NCBI GenBank assembly: GCA_038727515.1
Contig: JAVYVS010000004.1
Location: 32,001 to 96,000 of the forward strand
Reading direction: 5' to 3'
Origin: Candidatus Methanomethylicia archaeon
GTDB lineage: Archaea > Thermoproteota > Methanomethylicia > Culexarchaeales > Culexarchaeaceae
Length of the DNA: 64,000 nucleotides
A program made the translations under genes and the position numbers. The notes under the pieces were generated by a model. The model ran no database searches. It saw only the letters and a program-made list of their open reading frames with translations, and was not told where the DNA came from. Within the stretch, counting starts at the first letter, position 1. Every line of letters starts with the position of its first letter. Shown one piece after another: positions 1-9,962 of the stretch.

Positions 1-745
1 GAACTATACCTATTGCCGCACTTATCTCATTCATTCTCCAGTTATAGCCAAGTTCAACTATGATGTTGCTTGCGAAGCTCTCTTTTCCTTGATCCCTTAA
101 AATCTTAGCCTTATTAGCTATCTCCTCATCATCTGTTGTTATCATACCACCCTCACCTGTTGTCATGACCTTAGTCGGATAGAAACTGAAGGCTCCAACA
201 TCCCCAAGCGAACCTGCACACTCGCCATCTATCTTTGATCCATGGGCATGTGCAGCATCCTCTATCAAGAATAGTTTGTGATCTTTACAGATCTCTCTAA
301 TTTGTTTTATTTCTGGACATATCAATCCTCCCACATGAACGACTATTACTCCTCTCGTCTTTTCTGTTAACTTTTCTAGGACATCATTAACACCCATGCA
401 AAGTGTCTTGGGATTTATGTCTGTAAGGACTGGTTTACCACCAGCAAATATTACTGCAGCTGCGGTTGCGCTAAAAGTATTCGTTGGAACTAGTACCTCA
501 TCACTTGGATTAAGATTCATCGCCCTCAGAGCTATTTCGAGAGCTGCTGTTCCAGAATTCACAGCTATTCCATACTTTGTATTACACATCTTTGCAAATC
601 TATCTTCAAATTCCTTCGTGTAGTTATGGAGCGTCAACATTCCAGAATTTAAAATCTTTTCAAGATGCCCTTTTAGCTCCTCTATATCTTCTGGAGTGAA
701 GTATGGCTTTGCTGGTGGAATAGATTTAAATATCATTGAATTCAT
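1..745 (-). CDS. DegT/DnrJ/EryC1/StrS family sugar aminotransferase (3' end outside window)
   Basis: Manual translation of minus strand (absent from ORF track): MNSMIFKSIPPAKPYF...VNSGTAALEIAL...LIEDAAHAHGS...FSFYPTKVMTTGEGGM...GYNWRMNEISAAIG. The SFYPTK PLP-lysine motif is present. Confidence 0.93.
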   Translation of the reverse strand, partial: MNSMIFKSIPPAKPYFTPEDIEELKGHLEKILNSGMLTLHNYTKEFEDRFAKMCNTKYGIAVNSGTAALEIALRAMNLNPSDEVLVPTNTFSATAAAVIFAGGKPVLTDINPKTLCMGVNDVLEKLTEKTRGVIVVHVGGLICPEIKQIREICKDHKLFLIEDAAHAHGSKIDGECAGSLGDVGAFSFYPTKVMTTGEGGMITTDDEEIANKAKILRDQGKESFASNIIVELGYNWRMNEISAAIGIV

Positions 746-833
746 TTATATCAATTATATCAATTTATTCATATAAGCCTTTTCGTCGCGGATTTTTATC
801 TAACATCTGTTAGTTATTCGATTGACTCTACTA

Positions 834-1967
834 TTACAATTTACGCTTTTGTAAGTTTTCTAATGCCTCATATAGTGCTTGTGAAGTTTTATCCCAATTT
901 GCTTTTTCTTCGACAGTTTTTGCCGCCTTTTCACCTAATTCTTTAGATAGATGATCATTTTTAATGAGCATTATAATTTTTTGGGCTAAAGCGTTGTAAT
1001 CTTTAGTAGGAAAAAGTAGTCCATTCTCATTTTCCTTGATCCACTCTCTATTTCCTGGAATATCTGAAACAACACAAGGTAATTTACAAATCATAGCTTC
1101 TAAAAGACTAGCAGATGTACCATCTGATAATGAACTTGATACATATATATCCGAGTTCTTAAGATAATAGAATATTTTTGTGCGAGGGACATAGCCAGTG
1201 AAGTATACATTTTTCTCAACATTCAATTTCTTGGTCATCGCCTTCAATTTTTCTGTTAAACTTCCCCCTCCTCCTACGAAAATAAATCGCGTCCTTGGCT
1301 CCCTCCTTAATACAACCGGAATTGCTCGAATGATCGTCTCAATGTCATATATTTTTTCATGTAATCTGGTACATATGACCACTGGGTCACCACTACTCCA
1401 TCCTATTCTATTCCTAAGTTCATCTTTCTCAACCTTAACACGCTCTGATAGTCTTTTTAGTTCAATCGAATCCACCCATGGTAGTTTAACTATCTTTCCA
1501 TCGTACCCAAGTTTAATACACGCATTACGTTGTACATCACTATCTACTACAACTAAGTCAGCTTTTTTTAAAGAATATTTGATCATTGCTCGAAAAGGCA
1601 AAAATTTTGGCCATACTAAAACTTCAGAGCCCCAGATAAATAATACAAATGGTTTAAATTGAGAAAGTGCTGAAATAAAACCATAATCTAATCCTCCACA
1701 ACCAATTAAAATATCTGGGTTATATTTTCTTAAATAACTCTTTAATAAAAAGTATCTAATTGGAATCGAAGAATAGATTCTTATTGAATCATGAATTAGA
1801 GATCGTCTTATTAATTCTGAAATAACAACGACTTTTGTGTTTTGTTGTATTACCTTTTCTGTAGGATTAAACGTTAAAAATAGAATATTAAACTTTTGGC
1901 TCAATTTACTTATAAAGAAATAATCATAGATAGATGATCCATTACTGAAATAAGCAATTTTTTTCAT
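834..1967 (-). CDS. Glycosyltransferase family 4 (GT-B)
   Basis: DIYVSSSLSDGTSASLLEAM...PCVVSDIPGNREWIKENENGLLF, the GT4 C-terminal signature. Confidence 0.9.
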   Translation of the reverse strand: MKKIAYFSNGSSIYDYFFISKLSQKFNILFLTFNPTEKVIQQNTKVVVISELIRRSLIHDSIRIYSSIPIRYFLLKSYLRKYNPDILIGCGGLDYGFISALSQFKPFVLFIWGSEVLVWPKFLPFRAMIKYSLKKADLVVVDSDVQRNACIKLGYDGKIVKLPWVDSIELKRLSERVKVEKDELRNRIGWSSGDPVVICTRLHEKIYDIETIIRAIPVVLRREPRTRFIFVGGGGSLTEKLKAMTKKLNVEKNVYFTGYVPRTKIFYYLKNSDIYVSSSLSDGTSASLLEAMICKLPCVVSDIPGNREWIKENENGLLFPTKDYNALAQKIIMLIKNDHLSKELGEKAAKTVEEKANWDKTSQALYEALENLQKRKL

Positions 1968-2050
1968 TTTATTAAATTAGAGAATGTAAAAACTAAGCTA
2001 TATTCATGCCTTTTACTAATTAGGAATCTTTTAGAAACATTCTAATATCA

Positions 2051-2248
2051 TTACCGTATATTAGTACACACTACAGACTTTTCAATTCTAGCAATTATGA
2101 ATTCATTTTCCAGAAAATGTGCATGAATCAAATCAAAGACCACTCTATCTTTTAATAAAGCCTTAACGCAACTTTTGTAACAAGATAGCGATTTCTTTTT
2201 CCGTAAAATTTTAATAGATAAGGTGAAAAATTTAGGTGAAATTAACAT
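2051..2248 (-). pseudogene. Fragment of a GT4 glycosyltransferase N-terminal domain
   Basis: 65-aa remnant with FDLIHAHFLEN, a typical GT4 N-domain motif; no C-terminal domain. Confidence 0.55.
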
Positions 2249-2309
2249 GTAACCCTAGTCCTATGAAGAATGTATGTTGAATCTCAAAAAATCTGAAATA
2301 TATGGTAAT

Positions 2310-2776
2310 CTAATTTTGGCTTTTCTTTTCAGAGGCTGTAAAGAGGAGATAGGAGATATGATCCACCCTATGCCTATTTACTTCTTCAGGCATCGACATA
2401 TCGTAGCTACGGGCTCCAGGCTCAACATGAGCTACTTTCATACCAAGTTTAGCTGCAGCTAAAGCGCCAGCCAATGCCGAGTTAGCATCACTAGGAACTA
2501 TCACTAGTTTAGGTTTTAGATCCATGAGGACTTTCTTAAGACGAATCATTATTTCTCCAGTTTAATAAGCATGCAAACCCGATCCCACTTCTAAATTAAT
2601 ATAAGTATCTGGCAAATTCATTTCATTAAAGAATATTTTGACAGATTATAATCATAATGTTGACCCGTATGGATGATTTTAATCTCTAATCCCTGTTTTA
2701 ACATTTAATGAATAATTGGAACTGACTTAATTATTTGAGGCCTTGTACCTAAAACTAGAACAAGCTCTTCGATCAT
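2310..2776 (-). pseudogene. wecB: UDP-N-acetylglucosamine 2-epimerase pseudogene (truncated)
   Basis: ATG at 2776: MIEELVLVLGTRPQIIKSVPIIH*MLKQG...IHTGQHYDYNLSK, then a frameshift, ...LEVGSGLHAY*TGEIMIRL...AHVEPGARSYDMSMPEEVNR. Two in-frame stops, one frameshift and loss of the C-terminal half. Confidence 0.9.
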
Positions 2777-2778
2777 TC

Positions 2779-3939
2779 TCAACCCACTATCTCTAAAAAT
2801 TTATCAGCTATAGTCTTCCAATCTATACTTTTGACGTATTCATATGCTTTTTCACGCATTCTATCTCTCAATTCGGAGTCAAGCAGTAATAACATTTTTC
2901 TCTCTAAATCATTAACATCACCTTGTTTATAGGATACACCATTGCCTTTGCTAATACGTTCTAAAGCACCACTTTTATCAGAGATTATAATGGGCAAGCC
3001 ACATGCTGCAGCTTCAAGCATGGTCATTGAACATTGTAGTGGCCATACTCCTACATCAGCTACACTATAATATTTGTAAAGCTGCGAATTAGGAACGCCA
3101 TCGACAAATATAAAACGATCTCGCATATCGGCTTTGGCAATAATTTTCTGTAAATAATCAAAATATTCAGGATTCCTTCCGCCAACAATAAGGAATGCAA
3201 CATTGTCAAATTTCTTACTAAGTTTTAAACCTGCATCTATAAATAGATGTACTCCTTTACCAGGTATGACTTTACCAGCGTATATGAAAACCACATGGTT
3301 GTCTCCAATTCCATACTCTTTCCGAATACACTTACGTGCAAATGAATCATATCTAAACCGACTTGTATCCACACCCAATGGAACAATAGTTATTCTATCG
3401 TCCGGTATCCCATATACCGACTGCATGAATTCTTTTGTCTCATTTGTAACAGCTACGAAACCATCTACCGTGGAAATAAACATTGGAGTGAAAATGGTTT
3501 TAAAGAAATAATAGAAGAACTTCGTCCAACTTCCACGTGTCGCGTTATATGTCATATGATCATCTATAATCAACTTCATTTTTATTAATCTCCTCTTTAA
3601 CTTAGCAATACGTATAGAAGTGAAATTCACAAGACCATGCATTATCAATATATCAGGGTTAAAATTTATAACTGCCCCTTCCAAACCCTTTAACCAAGGT
3701 TTTTCAAATAGCTCAAACAGCACAGGAAGCCTTAGCACCTTAATTCCCTCTTCGATAAATAGACCAGAACCTATTATTCTCCTTTTCAGAAGATTTCTAT
3801 TTGCTTCATACATAGCCCTGGAGTATCTATTTGAAGTCACTACTAATACTTCATGTTTAAGAGAGTGAAACTTTGCTAAAAATGTCTCTTGGTAGCCCAA
3901 TAATGGGCAAAAATGATCAATTACGTGTAAAATTCTCAT
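2779..3939 (-). CDS. Glycosyltransferase family 4
   Basis: MRILHV N-terminus; YAGKVIPGKG; ADVGVWP...SMTMLEAAACGLPII. Confidence 0.9.
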   Translation of the reverse strand: MRILHVIDHFCPLLGYQETFLAKFHSLKHEVLVVTSNRYSRAMYEANRNLLKRRIIGSGLFIEEGIKVLRLPVLFELFEKPWLKGLEGAVINFNPDILIMHGLVNFTSIRIAKLKRRLIKMKLIIDDHMTYNATRGSWTKFFYYFFKTIFTPMFISTVDGFVAVTNETKEFMQSVYGIPDDRITIVPLGVDTSRFRYDSFARKCIRKEYGIGDNHVVFIYAGKVIPGKGVHLFIDAGLKLSKKFDNVAFLIVGGRNPEYFDYLQKIIAKADMRDRFIFVDGVPNSQLYKYYSVADVGVWPLQCSMTMLEAAACGLPIIISDKSGALERISKGNGVSYKQGDVNDLERKMLLLLDSELRDRMREKAYEYVKSIDWKTIADKFLEIVG

Positions 3940-3996
3940 TCAGTTTTACCTAAAGATAATTTCTTCTCAGGCAACTTGATATTAATCTCATTATTC

Positions 3997-4755
3997 TTAC
4001 TTTGTAAGTTTAACAGCAAGCATTAATAAAGCTGCCCCTCTGAAAAGGTAAATTTTTCCGCCTAAGAAAGAATCCAAAAAATTGTCAAAATTCCAGAGGA
4101 ACTTCCAAAAAGTTACTGATTGCACCAGACTTGGGAAGAGTTTAAAGATTACAAACGTTAATGGCATTCTAATCCGAGGAAAGACCCGACAATAATGAAC
4201 TACTGTGAACTTTTTTGAAATTTCCCATAATAAGGAAACTTCTCTAATGGGTTCTTCCTGAGGATCTGATCTCCTTGATAATAAAGCTATCAATCGCGAG
4301 TTTTTGCTAAAAACAGCCTCTCTCAGGCCTAAAACGCCTCCTATCTTTATGACCCTTACCATTTCCGTCAAACCTTTTTGCCAAGAAGATAAATGGTGAA
4401 GAACACCGAGACAGAAGACCCCATCAAACACTCTTTCTCTAAATGGTAAATGTTCTAAGTCACAGACTATATAGCTTCCCCTATAATGTCTCTTTGCATA
4501 TTTTAATTGCACACGAGAAATGTCACACCCTACAAATTCACCTATACGTGAATTTAGTGCAATGAGCGACCTAGGTTGAGAACCAATGCCAACTTCAAGA
4601 ATTAGATGCATGTTTGTACTCATTTTATGAATTGGCTTAAATATTGACAAATATTCTATAACATACCAACCTAAATCCAACTTTTCCTTTGGTTTTTGCC
4701 TCTCTTGATATTGCAATTCATACAACTTTTTAAACATGTGGTAGTAAAACCCCAT
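3997..4755 (-). CDS. Class I SAM-dependent methyltransferase
   Basis: ILEVGIG motif I; GCDIS; CDLEHLPFRERVFDGVFCLGVLHHL. Confidence 0.85.
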   Translation of the reverse strand: MGFYYHMFKKLYELQYQERQKPKEKLDLGWYVIEYLSIFKPIHKMSTNMHLILEVGIGSQPRSLIALNSRIGEFVGCDISRVQLKYAKRHYRGSYIVCDLEHLPFRERVFDGVFCLGVLHHLSSWQKGLTEMVRVIKIGGVLGLREAVFSKNSRLIALLSRRSDPQEEPIREVSLLWEISKKFTVVHYCRVFPRIRMPLTFVIFKLFPSLVQSVTFWKFLWNFDNFLDSFLGGKIYLFRGAALLMLAVKLTK

Positions 4756-4825
4756 TTCTAGTAAACAACTTCTCTATAGCGTGTCTTACCATGTAGAGGG
4801 TCAGTTAACATATAGAGGAATAATA

Positions 4826-6016
4826 TTAAGCTCCACCCTCTAAGACATTTTCATAAACTTTTTCCAACATAGATACTACATTTTCTATTGAAAAATAAGA
4901 TTTTACAATATTGATGCAATTCTCTGAAAATTTTCTATATAGCTCTTCATCCGAGATTATATTATGAATAGCCTTAGCTATATCGTAGGGTATAGGTTTG
5001 GCTACATAGCCTACTTTGTTATTTATCCATTCCAATATATCTCCTAGATTAGTTGTTACTATGGGTGTTCCAGTGACGCAAGCCTCTAAAAAAGTCATTG
5101 GAAAACCGTAGAAAGAAGGTGTGACAAATACTTCGGCATCAACTAAAGCCTTAAGCTTATCCTCCTTACTTATAAAGCCAGTAAATATTACGGAATCATG
5201 TATGTTCAAGGATTTCGCTAAAGTTTTCGCCTCGTTTAAATAACCGTCGTCTGGTCCAGCTATTACTAGAATAGCGTCTTTATAGCCTGTTTTCTTTACC
5301 AGATACGCGTAGGCTTTTATCAGGAGGTTTATGCCTTTAGTTCTGTGGATTCTGCCCAGGTATAGTATTATCTTCTTTTCTTCTGATATGCCAAACTTCC
5401 TCTTAAAAAGGCCTTTAGCTGGCAGATTGGCGTACTCAGCCAAGTCTATGCCATTGGGGATTATTGCTATCTTCTCCTCTGAAACACCCACAGCCCTATA
5501 CTGCTCAGCTTCAAAACGGTTAAGAGCAATAATTTTGGATGCATTTTTGAATATTCGATTACTAATGAGCTTATCTAAGGTATTTTTGAGAATTTTTACA
5601 TTGAAAGGTTCTGGTAAATACGTAAGGTAAGAACCGTGAGGTTGAAAAACGTATGGAATATTCTTTATTTTATTTGTCAAGTATGCACTTACGCCCTGAA
5701 AAGACCTGGCATCATGTACGTGTATAACATCGAAATTTTTCGCGTTCCTTATAATAGTTGGAATAATTGATGGTGTCAATGTAAATGTTTTATATTTCAA
5801 CAAAGAACGGAAATAGAAAACATCAACACCGTTGATAATGTGAAGCCCAGAGGGCATCAACTCACGGCTGTGCAGATTAGATAAATTAGACGTATAAACT
5901 TCGACTTTATGCCCTCTTTTAGCAAGCTGTTTAGTAACATTGTATACAACATTGGTGATGCCATCAGCTACTTTTAGTTCAGGCGGATAAATGTAGGCAA
6001 CATGAAGTATCCTCAT
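4826..6016 (-). CDS. Glycosyltransferase family 4
   Basis: IIPNGID; YLGRIHRTKG; IAGPDDG; FPMTFLEACVTGTPIV. Confidence 0.92.
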   Translation of the reverse strand: MRILHVAYIYPPELKVADGITNVVYNVTKQLAKRGHKVEVYTSNLSNLHSRELMPSGLHIINGVDVFYFRSLLKYKTFTLTPSIIPTIIRNAKNFDVIHVHDARSFQGVSAYLTNKIKNIPYVFQPHGSYLTYLPEPFNVKILKNTLDKLISNRIFKNASKIIALNRFEAEQYRAVGVSEEKIAIIPNGIDLAEYANLPAKGLFKRKFGISEEKKIILYLGRIHRTKGINLLIKAYAYLVKKTGYKDAILVIAGPDDGYLNEAKTLAKSLNIHDSVIFTGFISKEDKLKALVDAEVFVTPSFYGFPMTFLEACVTGTPIVTTNLGDILEWINNKVGYVAKPIPYDIAKAIHNIISDEELYRKFSENCINIVKSYFSIENVVSMLEKVYENVLEGGA

Positions 6017-6026
6017 CGCGAAACCG

Positions 6027-6779
6027 TCATTGCCGTTTTACCAAAGCAACGATAGTAGAGTTTAAACATCTGATGCATGGTATCTTTTCGGCTATTTCCT
6101 CGAATAACGAAGACATTTTAACCAGCCACAGAGGCAATCTCATCCTCGCTATTTTTAAGAAACGTGCAACTGGAAATGAAAGAAAAAATATCGCAAAATA
6201 TCTTTCAACCATGAACCCAGCAGAGCTTAACGCTGCCTTCAAATATCCAAAGGTAAATGTTTTTTCACCTTTCGTATGCGCCTCCATGGGGAAAAATTTT
6301 CTTCCAAGAGCGGAAATTGGATTAAGCGAGTTAGGCTCCATGAATAAGAAAATAGCCTGTGGCATAGAAGTCCTCGCAAGTTCATTCAGCGCCGAATTTA
6401 AATCGGGTAAATGATGTAATATGGATATGCCAATTACAAAATCGAATATGCCATCCTTAAACGGAAGCTTCATCACATCACACACAATGAACTCACCATC
6501 ATGACAAACAAACTTGGCAACTTTAACCAACTTTTTACTTAAATCAACTCCAACAACATCTAACCCCCAATTATAAATCAGTCGAGAAAGCCAACCTCCA
6601 CCACATCCATAATCCAAAACTAACCTCGGCTTTTCAGACTGAAGCACCTGCCTTATGATATAAATCTCTTTCCTTCTTATAACATTGGTAAAGAAAGCGT
6701 TCTCGTAACTTCCAATCTCTCCAGTAAAACAAGAAACTTCAACATTATCATAAACTTGAACCTCAGCTTTAAGGCACAT
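6027..6779 (-). CDS. Class I SAM-dependent methyltransferase
   Basis: VLDYGCGGG; GVDLS; LPFKDGIFDFVIGISILHHL; EPN. Confidence 0.88.
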   Translation of the reverse strand: MCLKAEVQVYDNVEVSCFTGEIGSYENAFFTNVIRRKEIYIIRQVLQSEKPRLVLDYGCGGGWLSRLIYNWGLDVVGVDLSKKLVKVAKFVCHDGEFIVCDVMKLPFKDGIFDFVIGISILHHLPDLNSALNELARTSMPQAIFLFMEPNSLNPISALGRKFFPMEAHTKGEKTFTFGYLKAALSSAGFMVERYFAIFFLSFPVARFLKIARMRLPLWLVKMSSLFEEIAEKIPCIRCLNSTIVALVKRQ

Positions 6780-8019
6780 TACAATACATCTTCAATCTCG
6801 ATTGCCGTTTTAATTTGGACGTAGCTTCAAGAACTTTTTTTAACTCCAAACCAACAGCTTGAACAGACAAATATTTCTCAACATAACGTCTCCCCGACAG
6901 GCCCATTCTTCTGGCAACATCAGGATTTTGCTTCAAAAACAAAACAGCTTTTGCTAATTCTTCATAGTCTCCAGGTTTAACAACGATTCCGGATTTAGTT
7001 TCCTTAATGTATTCTGCAGGCTGCCCCTTCGCACAACAGATTATAGGCTTACCTACGGCTTGATACTCATATAGTTTCGAGGATATTCCCAGGTATGGTC
7101 TTCCGAAATCTTTCAATGGTAGTAGTAGGGCGTTTGCTTGGCCTAGTAGTTCAGCCACTTCGTCTCTGCTTAAAACCTTATCGATTATCCTCACATTTTT
7201 AATGTTCATCCTCCTAATACTCTTCTTAACAGAATTCGTTAACTCCCCTGCTCCCTGAAGAATTATCTCTATGTCTTTATACTCTTCCAAGAGTTTCGCT
7301 GCCTTAATCACTTGATTGAAGTCATATGCTACTGAGAATGCTCCACTATATAGTACTACGAATTTTCCATCTTTTTCTTTTTTTACATGTATCGGTTTGA
7401 ATTTGTTAATGTCCACTCCTCCTCTAACCACATGAACTTTGCTTTTAGGAATTCTATACTTACCACAGATTACATTCACATAACCGGGACTGATGGGAGT
7501 TATGGCATCGGCCATTGTATAGGCTATTTTTGCTAGAATACTGACTAATTTGTTTACAAATCTCGATTTTATTACACCTATATCCATCGGATCTTCAGGC
7601 CACAGGTCATCTACATTAAGTACGACGGGGCATCGGTGTATCATACTATATAATAATGCCGGAATCATTACTAACACTTGGGGATTCGAGGCAAAGACTA
7701 CATCAACCTTCCTTATAATTGGTATTGGGAAAAGAGAAGAGGCTAGGAAGGATGAGAAGAGGATCATCCTATTGGCTATTCCTTTTGCAGGAAGTGGAGG
7801 TACGAATGTTCTAATGACCTTGAAATCTTCCATTGTATCTAATGATAGTGCCTTCCTCCTCAGTTTTTTTGGAACATCTCCCATCGGATAGTGTGGAAAG
7901 CCCGCTATCACTGTTACCTTTACTCCATTAAGCACGAGACCTTTAGTTATATTGTATGCTCTAGTTGAACTTCCACCTATATCTGGAGGGAAAATCTGAG
8001 AAATTATGAGAACATGCAT
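6769..8019 (-). CDS. Glycosyltransferase family 4 (WbuB-like)
   Basis: QIFPPDIGG; GFPHYP; DLWPE; SSKLYEYQAVGKPII. Confidence 0.9.
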   Translation of the reverse strand: MHVLIISQIFPPDIGGSSTRAYNITKGLVLNGVKVTVIAGFPHYPMGDVPKKLRRKALSLDTMEDFKVIRTFVPPLPAKGIANRMILFSSFLASSLFPIPIIRKVDVVFASNPQVLVMIPALLYSMIHRCPVVLNVDDLWPEDPMDIGVIKSRFVNKLVSILAKIAYTMADAITPISPGYVNVICGKYRIPKSKVHVVRGGVDINKFKPIHVKKEKDGKFVVLYSGAFSVAYDFNQVIKAAKLLEEYKDIEIILQGAGELTNSVKKSIRRMNIKNVRIIDKVLSRDEVAELLGQANALLLPLKDFGRPYLGISSKLYEYQAVGKPIICCAKGQPAEYIKETKSGIVVKPGDYEELAKAVLFLKQNPDVARRMGLSGRRYVEKYLSVQAVGLELKKVLEATSKLKRQSRLKMYCNVP

Positions 8020-9024
8020 CTAGAACCTTGCACTTTTCTCTATATTTTCCCAGTTTTCCTTGAACCATTCATATACTTTTCTTAATCCCGTTTTCATATC
8101 TGTTTTAGGTTCATATCCGAGTATTTTCCTAGCTTTCTCTATTGATGCTCTCCTTCTTATCGCCTTATCCCAGTCTCTTCTCGATTTAAATGCTATTCCA
8201 GCTTTATTACCTGTTATTTCATTGATCCAGTTTGCTAGATCTATGATTTTCGTCTCGGTCCCGGATGCAAGGTTTATTGCTTCTCCTATCGCTTCATCGA
8301 TTACTCCCATTCTCAGAGTTCCATCCACTATATCTTCTACAAATGTGAAGTCCCTTGTCTCTTCACCTGTTCCGGTTATCGGCAAAGGTTGACCGTGCAT
8401 TGCCAACCACATGAAGTTCGGTATAACATTCCTATACTTCCCCGGGACTTCTCCAGGTCCATATACATTGAAGTATCTTGCTATAGTCACTGGCATCTTG
8501 TAGTAGTCGTAGAAGTAGTTGCAATATAGTTCTCCTACGAGTTTATTTATCTGGTATGGAGTGTCTAAATGTAGTGATACAAATTCTTCTCTTAATGGTA
8601 GTGGTGCTTGACTTCCGTATACTGAGCATCCCGATGATGCATAGATGAACCTTTTGATATCCACCAAGTTTGCATATTCTAATGTCCTTAGTGTTCCTAA
8701 GGCATTTATCAATAAATCTGTTTCAGGATGCTCTACACTGTTCTGATTTGCAAAATGGGCTGCCAAGTGAAATATATAATGTGGCTTATGACTGAATGCT
8801 CTCTTCATTTTCTCTTCATCCAGAATGCTCCCCTTTATGAATATAATCCTCCCATCTCTTGGAATGTTCCATTCAAATGATGCTGAAAGGTCATCTATTA
8901 TTATGATCTTTTCTGGGTCTGCTTTTAGCAGTGTTCTTGTAAGGTTTGATCCTATGAATCCAGCTCCACCAGTAATTAGGATTCTCTTACCAGAGTAATG
9001 TTGAAGTATGTCTTCAAACCTCAT
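8020..9024 (-). CDS. NAD-dependent nucleotide-sugar epimerase/dehydratase
   Basis: ITGGAGFIGS; catalytic YQINK (YxxxK); RYFNVYGP; TRDFTFV. Confidence 0.92.
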   Translation of the reverse strand: MRFEDILQHYSGKRILITGGAGFIGSNLTRTLLKADPEKIIIIDDLSASFEWNIPRDGRIIFIKGSILDEEKMKRAFSHKPHYIFHLAAHFANQNSVEHPETDLLINALGTLRTLEYANLVDIKRFIYASSGCSVYGSQAPLPLREEFVSLHLDTPYQINKLVGELYCNYFYDYYKMPVTIARYFNVYGPGEVPGKYRNVIPNFMWLAMHGQPLPITGTGEETRDFTFVEDIVDGTLRMGVIDEAIGEAINLASGTETKIIDLANWINEITGNKAGIAFKSRRDWDKAIRRRASIEKARKILGYEPKTDMKTGLRKVYEWFKENWENIEKSARF

Positions 9025-9025
9025 T

Positions 9026-9949
9026 TTATTCCTCCTCAGTCTTATATTCCTTCTTAAACCATTCTATTGTTCTCGGTATGCCCTCTTCAGGCTTCACTGT
9101 CAACCTAAAATTTAAGTCTTTCTTCGCCTTTGATGAGTCTGGCTTTTTTATCTTTGTTGTGAAGGGTTCTGCTTCTTTGTATGTAACTTTAGAATCGTCT
9201 TTCCCAAGATACTTCAATATCAAGTCCGAGATATATTTTATTTCGTATTGTTCATCTCCGCCAAGATTATATATTTCTCCAGCCTTAAAATTATCAACTA
9301 TGTTTGCAACAGCCTTACAAACGTCATCAACATATTCGAGTGTCCTCTTATGACCCAAATACACTGTATATGGTAAATCGTGAAGTGCATGGTATATGAA
9401 CTTTGGTATAAAACCTCTATAGGGGTGATAGTGTTCACCGGGACCGTAAACATTGAACGGTCTAACTATGACGGTTTCCGTGCCGTATTGCATGGCCGAA
9501 TTCTTTATCATCATTTCACCAATCCATTTCGTCATCGCATAATCGTTCAGTAGATGTATGTGGATTTTCTCTGGGAGCTCTTCCATCATCACTCCATCAT
9601 AATCTCCATATATCTCTGCACTGCTGAAGAATATCATCTTAAACTTCCTTTTCTCCTGCATTCTTATCATGTTCTTTGTTCCAACAGCATTCGTTAGCCA
9701 AAGGTTCTCATAATAATCTTCTCCATTCCATCTTCCATACTCAGCTGCAAGGTGGTAAACATATTCGAAATCATGTTGTTCAAATATCCTCTCAATCTGC
9801 CTATACTTACTTACATCGCACCTTATGGATGTTGGATCGCTTGAATGCATTAGATCGCAGAGCCAAACTTCATGTCCACGTCTCCTCAATTCTTTAACAA
9901 GGTTTGAGCCTATGAAGCCAAGCCCACCAGTGACTAGAATCTTAGCCAA
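9026..9949 (-). CDS. NAD-dependent nucleotide-sugar epimerase/dehydratase
   Basis: VTGGLGFIGS; YAMTK; RPFNVYGPGE. Confidence 0.92.
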   Translation of the reverse strand: MAKILVTGGLGFIGSNLVKELRRRGHEVWLCDLMHSSDPTSIRCDVSKYRQIERIFEQHDFEYVYHLAAEYGRWNGEDYYENLWLTNAVGTKNMIRMQEKRKFKMIFFSSAEIYGDYDGVMMEELPEKIHIHLLNDYAMTKWIGEMMIKNSAMQYGTETVIVRPFNVYGPGEHYHPYRGFIPKFIYHALHDLPYTVYLGHKRTLEYVDDVCKAVANIVDNFKAGEIYNLGGDEQYEIKYISDLILKYLGKDDSKVTYKEAEPFTTKIKKPDSSKAKKDLNFRLTVKPEEGIPRTIEWFKKEYKTEEE

Positions 9950-9962
9950 ACAAGTTACCTCC

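Noticed and set aside
396-623. 75-aa plus-strand ORF, and the many other short ORFs antisense to or overlapping annotated genes (e.g. 1198-1662, 12998-13294, 32190-32744, 45746-46231, 56056-56484, 60412-60864)
   Set aside because: Each lies opposite or within a gene with clear family motifs and has no independent coding signal
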